A model generated the notes under the pieces. It was not told the DNA's origin and searched no databases. It saw only the letters and a list, made by a program, of their open reading frames with translations. A stretch of DNA of 64,000 nt from Tubiluchus corallicola (Eukaryota; Animalia; Priapulida): the NCBI GenBank assembly GCA_030141605.1, contig JAQGDQ010000015.1:310001-374000 (forward strand), written 5' to 3'. Numbering within the stretch: position 1 is the first letter of the stretch; the number at the start of each line of letters is the position of its first letter. A program made the position numbers and the translations under genes. Of the stretch, positions 37,795-49,822 are shown one piece after another.

Positions 37795-39617
37795 CTGAAA
37801 AAATGCACATTATGATCTTTTTGTCCATACATATTGATCCTATTGATGAAAATTAAGTTTGCACAAGAGTGAAATTAAACTCTGCAATGGGGATGGAATT
37901 TAAAAAGGCTCTGAATTAATCCACATGCTAACTTTAAAAATTTCCAAGACAGGGTGGCATATTTAATTAAAAGCCACAGTAATATAGAAATCCACAGGCA
38001 ACATAATTTTGCTCTCTCAATGCATTGGCACTCTACCACTGTATATGTGATAATGCACTGATTATTGGTGAAGCAATGGGAGTGGGAATTCCTACAAGCA
38101 AGCAGTGCATGTTTAAAGTTATATTAAGCAATACATTTACTAGATTCCAATTAAAGAAAATTCCAGGTGATCCTGATTTCAAATTAGTCAGCAGCAACAA
38201 CACCTGTGTGCATCGGAAAGTAATTAATCTGGCCTGAAAATGATTAATATTATTAGGCTTAAGCTTATTTGTAAAATAATGTAGAAACAACCTCGAGAGC
38301 ACATGTAGCTGATTTTTAAGAGACCAACAAAAACTGATGGGTAAAAAAGAACCGCTATCTAGACTACAGCTGACTCAAAGAGTATGAAAATAAGGAATAA
38401 TGGTTTTCTACCTATCACAGATGCAGGCCTTAATTTTCTTAACAGACAAATGACATTAAAATGCCAATACAGGAGATAAAATTTTCAAGTCTTACTCAGC
38501 AAAATTATTTAACCAGGAACTCATTTAGTAATAACGTAAATAGACGAAGTAGTGTATAAAGATAAAGCAATTTTTTTACTTTTATAGCTCTCTCAAAATT
38601 TTCGTGCAACCATTAAGGAACTACCCCGCCCAGGTGTTCATTAACTAGATTATCTAGGTTTTGATAGATGTAAGAACTACAGTGATGCTTTACACAGTTG
38701 TGAGTTTTTCATGTCTTGACTTTCAACATTCGCAACAAGGATAGCGGAGATGCATTATGGCTGTGCAGACAATTACCTTTTATTCACAAAAAATCCACGG
38801 CCTACTAATGCAATCAAGAATCGGCAAGCACAGTTGCTGGCAATAAAACCTGGGAAATATTTGTACAAAAACACTGAAAACAGCTTTTTCACAATTAGAT
38901 TTACGAAAGTAAATTTTGACAAATTTGCAATTTTTCATAACATTATTTCATACATTAAATTAGGGTATTGAAAGCAAAGGCGATTAAAAAAGCTTGCATT
39001 ATGCTTGTAAACTAGTGTTTCAGTCGGGTACGCGCGTAAATACCTGCACCTGCTATGATTTCTTTACCAAGAGGTTAATTATCCAAATGAAATTGTTTAT
39101 TGACTAATCTGAACACAGCTCTAAAATACTAAACATCAAATATTATAATCAGAAGCCTAATTACTATAACATGTGTATACTCATTACAGTATTTTGTGAA
39201 AATACAAATGTCAAAATTTGAATTTTAAGTTTGAAAGTTAATCTTAAATATATAAATTAATTTTATTAAATCCATAAATAGTACATAGTAGTTTAAAATT
39301 TACGTTCAAGTTCAATGTGCACTCACATTGTAGGGTAATGTTAAACATTAACTATACCAAGATGGAGAAAACTATAGACAAAAAGCTAGATAGCTAGGTA
39401 GGTATAGATATATTAAAATCACAATGAGCAAAACAACAGTATTAAATTTTAACGGTGCTATTACACTTTCGCACCTCCTAGTTTTTTCTGGCCTATTGTT
39501 TGTTTTCACGCATGCAGACCAGAAAGCAGACCAACAGGTGTAATATACACCAAATTCCCAAAATATTATTGGTTTATAGGCCTTACAATTCCAGATTACA
39601 AGTCATATATTACTTAC
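37795..39617 (-). other. Putative 5' UTR intron of RPB1
   Basis: Strong acceptor ATTTTTTTCAG|GTTTGG lies 18 nt upstream of the ATG. Strong donor GACG|GTAAGTA at 39618/39617 lies next to a CpG-rich promoter-like patch. An alternative donor CAG|GTATTT is at ~39043. Confidence 0.6.
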
Positions 39618-40296
39618 CGTCACCAACACGTAAGAAGCTCCACGCGAATAACTGTGTTTACACCACTCATGCGCAATTGCTCTCGCGCAGTGACGTTGTG
39701 GCCCTTAACCTGCATTTTTAGTTTCTTTGCATAATTTATGATTATTATGGTTGCAGCCACGGGAGTTTGTATCGTATTACAGTGTTCCCTCGCTACTTCA
39801 AAAATATTAATGTAAAATATTTATCGTGGTATCTTCGCTGTTTCGCGGCATCAGAATAGTGGTAGTGATGACCTCCGAATTTTCACTGTATAGTCAGACC
39901 CAAGCTGGCATATACGAGGAAATTATTTTAGACGACTACAGTTATTTATCAATAATTTTATTTATTACTGTAGTATTATTAGATTATAAAAGTAAAGGGT
40001 TTTTCTTTATTTCGTAAATGCAGTTAAGATAAAAGCGTGTCACGTGCCTTTTAAGCTAAGCCATGATAATGCATAAACTAGTACGAAATTCGTTACGTGA
40101 CTACACACACAAACATGATGGCAATACGAACTGTATAGTGTAGAACTGTGAATACAACGTAATTATACATTAAATATATGAGTAAATTACCACGCGATTA
40201 GCGGAAACATTCACTGATGACATGAGAATAATGACCAACGAGCCTAGGAACGAGTAATAACTTAGAAAAAACTAGGAGGTGCGAAAGTGTAATAGC
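39457..40296. repeat. Perfect 33-bp inverted repeat pair (39457-39489 and 40264-40296)
   Basis: GCTATTACACTTTCGCACCTCCTAGTTTTTTCT and its exact reverse complement AGAAAAAACTAGGAGGTGCGAAAGTGTAATAGC. Confidence 0.92.
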
Positions 40297-40972
40297 GCCA
40301 ATTTTAACTAATAAATCTAAATAAATTTAAATAAATCTGGCCTTAAGAGCAGTATTGGAGGAACAAGTAAGACTGTGCATATAAGTTTATGACCTTTTAA
40401 TTACCTGTACTAAAAGTAAAACATGTGACATCATCATATTAAATCACACAAGCAAAAACTAGATAATTTTTTCTGTTATACAGTTACAGATTCTCAGACA
40501 CTCTGTGATAAATAGGGGTGACAGTCTCGATGATGTCTTGGTCTTTTGCTGCCTCATCTGTACATGTACTTTACTGTTTACGATCTCTTGGTGATACAGG
40601 GCAAGTGTAATAATAACTAATAATTTAGTACTAATATAACTTTACATTAGGGATGAATAAAGTTTTTTTATTTAACTGACTTGTAAATTTGTGTATACTG
40701 TACCTGTAACAACTAATAAGACTCAGTTTTACTGACAGGGAATCACGTAATTCATTGTAATATTGCAATTTCTTTCACAACAAAATTCTCACAACCATCA
40801 ATTGCAAAACCTCTCTGCAAAATGGCGAATTAAGCATTTGTGGGATATTTTGTACATTTTCTACGCATGCGTTGATCCGTGACGCGTGATCATGTGATCA
40901 TGAACAAAACATGTTTGCTCATTAAAAACTCTCTTTGCTGTTTTAATTTTTGTTTGGAGAGTGGTGGACAAG
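39618..40972. promoter_or_regulatory. Divergent promoter region between RPB1 and ZFAND1, including their putative non-coding first exons
   Basis: Two CpG-enriched patches in AT-rich DNA. At 39640-39700: GCGCAATTGC, TCTCGCGC and TGACGT. At 40860-40905: CGTGACGCGTGATCATGTGATCATGA. Each is followed outward by a splice donor (39617 on minus; AAG|GTAATT at 40972 on plus, with acceptor at 41197). Confidence 0.55.
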
Positions 40973-41221
40973 GTAATTTATGTGAAAAACTTTGAAATGC
41001 AGTGTTGTGTGCATCCAGTACTTACATTCGGTCCACATTTGCCAACTTAAATTGGTGAACTGAATCTGGATGGTATGAAAAATCCACTTGAGCCTGGATT
41101 CAGATCAGGGTTGCCGCTTCCAGGACTACAGTAAATAACTGTCATTTTTTGTACTTCATGGCTTTCCTCAAACATAATTATTTTATTTTTGTTTCAGCTA
41201 TAAACTAGCAATATTTAGAGC

Positions 41222-43433
41222 ATGGCACAATTTCCAGATCTGGGAAAGCACTGTTCAGTGCAGGATTGCAACCAGATAGGTGACAAAAAATAATCATGAA
41301 TTTTAATTCTATATTTTAAATTTTTGTGTTGTTTTATATTTTGATAGGTACATTAAGTGGTTCGTGTTTATATGAATGTGTGGTTTACTAGAACTGATGT
41401 GGGTTATATTACAGGCTAAAATTGATTTAGTAACGAGATTGCAAGCCTGGAAATTTTTGCTTTTATGCATTTTTATTGATTGTTTCAGATTTTTTGCCAT
41501 TTGAATGCAAGGACTGTGGGCTGCAATACTGGTACGTTTCCCATATTTACTAAGTTGCTAGGTATTAGGTAAGCAGAAGCTAGGAATCATACCTTAAATG
41601 TGACTTGTTGATTTTTTACAGCTATGGCAATTTTGCCAAAGTTAAAAACGCTTAAACCATACGTTCAGAAAATTGTTTTAGAAAAGATTTATTTCTAAAA
41701 ATTTTCAATTTATCACATTGGGATCTAAACTCAAATTGTAAATTCTTTTCCATCAGTTTCTGTCTGTTAGAAAAGTGACAAATACTATATTTTCCAAAAG
41801 TATGCAATACTTATATTTTACCCCTTACAACCAGGCGTTTTGTACAAATACCATAATTTCCAAAATTATGCAATAATTATATTTTACCCCTTACAGCAGG
41901 CATTTCATAAAGTCTGATTTTGCATTGCAGTTGATTTTTTTCCTTGCTTTAAATTTTGTTTCCACTATTGATAAACCCTTCTTTCTTTTCTTATAGCAAA
42001 AATCATAGGTTACTGCATACACAGTGCTGCATGCTTTCAAAGGTAATTGTTCTTGATTCATTATAATAAAATTATCATACTTTGCTCTGTAAGTTTGACA
42101 ATTTGTAAGTTTTTGTTATTGAAGGGCCGAGTTATGCTAAATGCAGCCAAAAATGCATTTGAAAATACTGGAGATTCCTAAGGATGTGTTTTGTGACTGA
42201 ATCTATTTTGTTTGTACACAAGTGACTTAAAGGCAACCTCAACCAATTGCTGTCTAGCAATATATGCCAATGACACTGCATTTGTGGACATGATAACAAA
42301 TGGAGATGAAATAGATTACAGTCACAAAATATATTGACTTGAAATTTAATGCAAAAAGCACAATTTGCTTCTAAATGCAGAAAAACAAAAGAGCTGGCTG
42401 TTAACTTTGGTCATAAATATGCCCCAGAAATTATAATCAACAACTAATGTTGAGGTTGTTGACAAGTTCAAATATCTTGGTGTTTGCTCAAGTCATTATT
42501 TAAAATGAAAAGCGTACACTAGTCATTTGTATAAAAAATGCATGAGTCGCATTTATTATCTTAGGAGACTTAAAGAAAGCAGAGATGATTCATTGACGAT
42601 GTTCTTATTTTACACATCTATTGTGCAATCTGTTATCATGTGCTGCTGCATTGTGTAGAACCAAAATCTTACTAATGATGACATGCATCTTTTAAATAAA
42701 ATTAATGGTATTGTGGCACTCAAATACCTAAACTAGAAGATCAAAAGTCAAACTGCATTGTAAATGTCCCTTCTTCTTGCATCAAATTTTGAGAAACTCA
42801 AATCTGGCTGGCATAAAAGTCTTATTTGCAAAACTAATACATTTAGTATTTCTTTTATCCCAAGTGCGATAAGGCAATTTAATGATAACTTCAAGCTACA
42901 GCGTGAGTCCTAGTCTCTATGATGTGACATTTAATTTTAGGTTTTGAGTTTGCTGCCCATTTAATTTTTAAACATATGTATATTTCCCTATAGTAAGATA
43001 ATTATAATAATTGTATTTCTACCAGTGTAAATGTAATGTAATGATGTTACATGACCTTTGTTACTTTATTAATAAAAGGTATAAATCAATTAAAATGAAA
43101 TTATTCATTCATCGCAGCCTATATCTGTATCTGTTTCCACTTGGAAAATGCTCTTAGCTTATAACCAGCAAATACCAGTGATACAAAAAATTTTGAATGT
43201 ACTATTGTAACATTAATTTTGCAAAAGAATCACTAATATTCTTATAATTTGCCCCTCCCCCCTCACCATAGCCCATTTTTAATGGTTATGATGGCTGCAT
43301 TACTACCATCAATTATATTTAAATGTTCTATACAATTATAGTTATTACTATAAGTATAATGTATAATTTAATCTCTTCTCCCCCACTTAAATTTGAGTAT
43401 ATATATATGTGTGTGTGTATATATATGTATATG

Positions 43434-43473
<40 letters not shown>

Positions 43474-46400
43474 ATACACAAGTAGCAGTATGGTGCATTG
43501 TAATACAAGTAAGTGGTACATTGACAGATAATCACATAATTCATATTCATAACTATTTAAAAAAAATTTCACTCTTTAAGGCTCACTCAAAATCATAATT
43601 ACATATTATGTTCTCCTTTCTTAACTTTCGGGTTTATTGCTCTTATACCATTGCTATTATTACATCATTTACTTCGTCCTTAATTACATTAAGTTATCTA
43701 CAGAAGCACGCATAACTACAATCATTTTTTCATTTAAGTAAGGTGAGTGTGTTAATGACCGTATGGTCGTACACTCACCTCGCACTACTCAAATCATTTT
43801 ATTTAAAGTTGATTAATGTGTATGATATTGTATTTTGATGTGTGAAAATAAATTCATAGTTCATAGATGTGCCTTATGTGCAGGGGTTAAATGATTTTAT
43901 TCATTTTACTGTTATGATTGTTCATGTGCACATGTATTTGTTTTGTATGTTTATAGTAGTGTGCATTTTAATGTTGAGCCAAATGAAATTAAGCAGAAAT
44001 TAAGTATGATTAATGCAATTCAGAATAAATTTGATATTTTCTTATTTATATATTCATTGTCCTTTTTTTTTATATTGATGTCGGTAATCTTCTAGAGTAT
44101 AGACAATCTAGAGCCTTTCTATTGTCCTGAACTTCACAAGTGCTTGAAGTACAGGTGCTACTGTACAATCCAGTGCTACATGATTAAAAACAAGGCTGAT
44201 TTCGGGGCATACAGCATTTTCTCAGGTCAGGAGCAGTTCATTTCCCAGAAATTTCTCGGCCTGTTCTCTGAGTGTAACTGTATTTTTTATTATCTTGTTA
44301 TTACTAAGTGACTATTAAACAGAGTGCTTAAATTGTATTTACAGACTGCGACTCGTGATACAAAGAATCAGGATGAACATAAACCACGTTCTTTCCCGTG
44401 CTCTCTTGCCAAATGTGAAGGAAGTGAGTTAATGGAAGTCATCTGCGATCAGTGTTCAAAAAACTTTTGTTTAAAGTTAGTTAATAAACATTGATTAATA
44501 TTAGTAATGTGAGTATCAAATAACTAGTTGTTCTTCAGATGTGCAAAGATGTTTTGTAAAATGATCTGGGAAAGTAGTAGGTAGAATAGGTGTGCGTGCT
44601 ATAATAAATACCTACACCATAGAAAAAAAAGAAGTAATAAAGAAACTTGAGTAACGCTCTTTATTCTGTGATCTACACAAATCTGTCACATAATGAAACT
44701 GCTAAAGGTAGTTACTTTCATCCAATTAGAGATAGAAAGTTAATTTGCAATGTGGCAAGCCCTTAATAAAAGACAACTGAGTATTAGTAAAATTGCACAA
44801 CAATAAAATTTTGGACATAAGTTGAGTAATGTTTTGACCAGATTGTATACTTTTGTCATACTTTTCCTGTAAGTAAAACATCTAACCTTATTTGTAGGCA
44901 CAGACATCAGACAGACCATGACTGTGAAAAAATGCAGGTAGAACCTGAAAAGATGGTAAAAACGAAGGAACTTGTAGACAGCATTAAAGGTATCAGAGAC
45001 CAATCCAATGACAAGTTGTGTAGTTTGCATTGAGAAAGACTTTCACAGCTCACAAGTTGTGAGGAAGGGGCCATACCTTAATACAATAATTGGGTCCATA
45101 TGGTTGTCTGAAATTTCGCTGAACTTCAATTGTTGATTGAAAGACCTTACACTAGGCTGATTTTGCACCTTGCTCTAACATTAGTGTCTTGGCCATAGCA
45201 ATAAACTTCAGTAACAAATAAATGAAAAGAATTGCCAAAAGCTCTTTTGATTCATGCAAGAGCTTTCTGAGGATGTAGAAAAATGTAAAAAGGTAATTAG
45301 AACTCAAAGTGTACATTTGAGAAACCCCATACATGTATTTTGTCTAAACGGTATAATTTGTACATAATGCCCAGAATGATTGACCTGTCACATAGATATT
45401 ATACAGGTACAGTATTCACCCCTTAATAAAACTACCACAGGACCAGTAAAAGTGGTCTTAATAAATAGCGACCTGTTACAAGCTCGTATATTTGGTACAA
45501 AAAGTACAATGCGTAAATGCTTCACCCTAGTTAATACAATATATGCCACACATATATGCACAAGCTGTGCACTGCATCACCTTTATTTTTAACATCCATT
45601 CTGTAAAAAAATAAATATTAATTGACTATTAGCTACACATAGTTCATTAGTCTTATTCATTTTTGTAACCAAGGCAAGTTTTTGTGAGACACCACTAAAT
45701 TTTCAGCCGCTTCTCGCTGAGGGAAAAATAGGAAATTACCAATATATTTTATTTTTTCACTTTGTTACTGCTTTAGTTGCCTGTTATTGAAAAATGTGTT
45801 CTTATTAAATTGCACACTGGCTTAATTGAATTTTCTTAGCATCATTTTCTATGGGGTAATTCGGATCATATCGAAATAGTTCTAAAATACAGCTGGTTTT
45901 GTTATCCATGTTTTTTTATTAAGTGGCAACTAATATAATTTATTTTTGTCTCCTAGAATTTTATCATTGCACAAATATTGTTTTGATTTGCTTCACAGAC
46001 CGACAACATGATGTTACAAATACAAAAAGACAAGGAATAAAATCCAAGCAACTCTCGTCAAAGGTGATGTTAATGAAGCTAAAACAACAAGCTAAGGGAG
46101 ACTTGAGTTTACCACAAGAGGAGAGAATTTTTTTGAACGTTGTTCTGCCAGTTGAATGTGGCAAATCTCAGCAGGCTATGTTTTTTTCTCGGGTATGTTA
46201 CATCGTGCTGTTTTTGAGTGTGATTTCTGTTCAGTGAGTCACACAAATACTGCCTGTAACTGATAAATACACGACGAATGTCAACGAAGCTTGTTATGCA
46301 GTAAAAAGCTAAACTGTGTTGCACATATGCGTGTGAAACTCAGAACCTTTTTACTTGGTCACTAAACTTTTATTTTTTATTTTTTGCTAAAAGTGGGTCG

Positions 46401-47359
46401 TTAAAATAGCAATCCTAAAACATCGTTAGTATGGTAGTCTTGACCTAACATAACATGCAATTTATAAAGAGCCTTGGCTCTTATAAATCACTTTCTATTT
46501 TAGGTCTCACTCATGTCTTTTCCAGATTTAATGTTGTAATGTTTACTATTTAGAAGCCACTTATAAATCTTATCATTTAAAAACTGGTCTGGGTCACATT
46601 TTGACCCAATGCTACCCATGCTGGCATTGCAGTAATAGTACAAATATAAAAAAAATATTTCGCAGTACAGTAATTTGTTAATTAAAGCAGTGAGTGTTTT
46701 TTTCAGTTGTGGAGCATTGGCAGAGCGGTGGACTATACTGCATCTGTCTTTAATCTTACAAACAAAAATAACCTTGGAACTTCTCAGGTAAGTGAAATTG
46801 TTTTGCAGTGAATGTTTTTACTGTCTTAAAGAACATATCTGTATTTACTAGTATTCAAATTTGTGCCATATTTTCGTTTGGTCCATCAAACCATTCCTAT
46901 GTAACAAAACACTGAAGCAAAGCATGCATATTCTTGTGTAGCACAACACTGAAGGAAGTTGCTAGTTAACAATTTTTGCTTCCTTTAAAGGTTTATTTCT
47001 GTTTTTTGGCCTTACAATTTCGAGTAATCCTCTGCTTTGTTTTAGGGAGATATTGTAAGAGAGATAGAAGCAGAACAAATTCTGTGGCTTTCATACTTTG
47101 TGAACTTGTATACGTACCAGTTAGAATAAGCAGAAAGCTAGATCCCATCAAGTGTCACTATTTTGTTTCCATTACACAGAAATTGAGGATGTTTTCTGGC
47201 AAAAATGGAAACTTAGTACCAACCGACTGCCTCATCGCAAAATTACTAGGGGACAGCGATGGATATCACATAGAAAATGGTGCAACTGTGATATTAGAAT
47301 ATGTCAACAATGACTGTAAACTGTTAGGCAATTATAAAGAATATCTGTCTTTCTCTTGA
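41222..47359 (+). CDS. ZFAND1: AN1-type zinc finger protein 1 (two AN1 fingers plus C-terminal ubiquitin-like domain)
   Basis: Exons 41222-41279, 41489-41531, 41997-42042, 44345-44475, 44898-44989, 45999-46192, 46707-46787, 47180-47359 join in frame. Protein: [120 protein letters not shown] at 47451. Confidence 0.93.
42175..43112 (+). mobile_element. Decayed LINE RT 3' half (Rex1/Babar-like, CR1 group) in a ZFAND1 intron
   Basis: Broken frames read LFCLYTSDL..CCLAIYANDTAFV..ITNGDEIDY (YADD equivalent), KTKELAVNF, VEVVDKFKYLGV, RIYYLRRL. AATAAA and a TTCATTCAT tail lie near 43070-43112. Confidence 0.8.
43397..43467. repeat. (TA)n/(TG)n microsatellite
   Basis: Long visible TA run with a TG block. 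Confidence 0.9.
43640..43866 (+). mobile_element. LINE 3' UTR relic with a strong stem-loop
   Basis: AGGTGAGTGT...GACC-GTAT-GGTC..ACACTCACCT hairpin (43741-43780), then AATAAA and a TTCATAG TTCATAG tail. Confidence 0.55.
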
Positions 47360-49822
47360 CCTCAAAAACACAGTATTTCGTTTATAAAATTCCTTTTTTA
47401 TGTGTTTTATGTTGTATAGTGCATATTATTTTTGTCTTAAAGCTTAAGTCAATAAATTGGATCTTAAAAAAACAAATAACAAAATTATGAAAAGTACATA
47501 ACTAATAACAACAAAATAACAACTGCAAAAAAGATAACTTATTTTCACAAATACAGTATTGGCCTTTATTCACAAGCACTATCACACCTTTCATGACAAA
47601 AACTGTGTACACTGTACAGTCAAGTTACCTTAGAAAACGGACATGTTATATGAGTACATAAAACATAAATTATGGGTCTTAAAGTTGAAGTGTCCTTCAC
47701 ACTAATACAGCTTTTACAATGCAATAGGTGTATATCATATATGAAAAATATTTTCTAGATGCTAATATCACAGATACAAATGGCTATTTATATATCACAT
47801 GTAAATAGTAATTAATATGTCAAAAGTATTAACAACAGAACAATTGCCTGTTAATATAACAACATTGGTCAGTGAAAGAAAATATTTGTTAATAGTGAAT
47901 AGTTGTTGTATCGGTCGATTTTTTATGTCATCTGAAATCTAGAAGTTCTAAACTACAGTTAGAAATGTTAAGTCAGCACATAACATGTCTGTACTGTAAC
48001 TACCAAAGTATTGTTACTGCAGAAAGGATGAAAAAGCAAAAATTTATATCAAAATTCGTGAGAGACAACTGCACACCTAACTCTAACTGTCAATCTGTCA
48101 CCTGAAAGACAATCGATAAACAATATTAGCGCAATAAGCAGGGCATGTCGGTATATGAACTCAGTAAAGAATAGCTTAATTTACTAATTCCAAGAGCCAT
48201 TTAACTGTTCAAAGCAAGATTTACTGCATTAAGTTTTGTATAGTGTATATAAAACTTGAAAAATCTGCACTGAATAAAGGTGCAAGCACCTTAGTAATTG
48301 GATGTCAATTAAGAAATGAGAGTTCTGGCATTATATCTGCATTTCGTAAAATGTAGCTAAAAACTGGTAGTGCTCAAATTACTAGCTCATTGAATAAGCT
48401 TAATATTAATTATTTTTCTGGGCTACTTATGGTCGCTTGCATTCTGGGAGTCTTGTATTTTGAGACATATTAGGTGGCTTTTGATTCAAATTGTTTAATT
48501 ATTAACATTTATCTGGTGACCCAAGCCTTTCAAACCAGCAAGAATGCTGCTAACTGACATATCATTGCTTTGTGAACTTTTCAGACAATTTTTAGAATCA
48601 ATTCTAAAATTTAGACAATTCAAAATCTTTTCTTTTAAATCCCGAGTGGCAAAATTATTGCTAGGAAACATTATGCAGCTGTAACGGGTCCAATTCTGCT
48701 TCACATTCCTAAATGTTGTATATTAATAGCTGATAAACAACAACTTGCTTTAAGTTGGCGTAGTGAATAAGATAAAGGTGTTTCTAATTTTGATTGCCTA
48801 TTTCCCACAAAAATTTTACCTACAAGCAATTCAGAATTTAAGAGAAAATTAATGTGTTGTGTATTTATCTGCTTCGTATTACTTGTTTTTATCAGATGTT
48901 GCCGAATAAATGACTAATATTGGTAGAATTAGTGTGACAAACCTTAAATAGTCCTTCCATGATGGTCCTTTTTATGCTTCAGTCAGGTGCAGTTAACCTA
49001 AATAAAAAAAACAGAAATTGTAACCATCACTAGAAGTCGTCTAACCTCTACACAAACAAACAGTCATTAGTAGAAACAGCAATAATAATAACCTTAAAAA
49101 CTAGGACAAAGAGTAGTTAACAATGAAATGAAAATCTTGACCACTTATTAAGATTACAGTTTTTGTATAGGCTCAGCCATAACTTGTAAAACAACCACAG
49201 CTAGGATTTTTTACTGGTAGTAGAAGTTCTAGAACATTATGTTACAGTAAGCTTGTATGAAACATATGCTGTTAATCTGTGCAGAATTAAGAACATAATA
49301 TGTTGAATATAGGTAAATCTAAAAGTACATGAAAGAGCCAACCTCTAGGTTTTTTGGGGCAGACGGTCGTTTCAACAGCAACTGTAAGTGGCTTTATTTA
49401 TAGCACTGAAAATAACAGTTGGTGTCAAAATGATCATCTGCACTAATAAACAACATGTTAAATCCAAAAGTATTCTTTTTGGCAGATTAGGCAATTTAAA
49501 TCCCTTCACCAGCCTAAACTGAATAAAGTAATTAGAAGCAAAGCGTCAGTCAACCAGTTAGCAGATACATCTGTAATTATTAGATCCGTATTGACAGTGT
49601 TTATTGCAGTTTTGGATATTTTTATTCGTCTTATATTTTATTATTATTTTTGTTAGCTTTGCTTTTTTTGTGCAACTGAGGATTATATACATTTAATATA
49701 AAGCTGATTTATTACTAGTGTTTTTTCATGAGAATTAAACCAGTGATTACAAAACCTGTAACAACCTAGTAGTAAACTAATTAAACAACATCCATGAACG
49801 ATTCAAGATTCTCCAGCATCAG

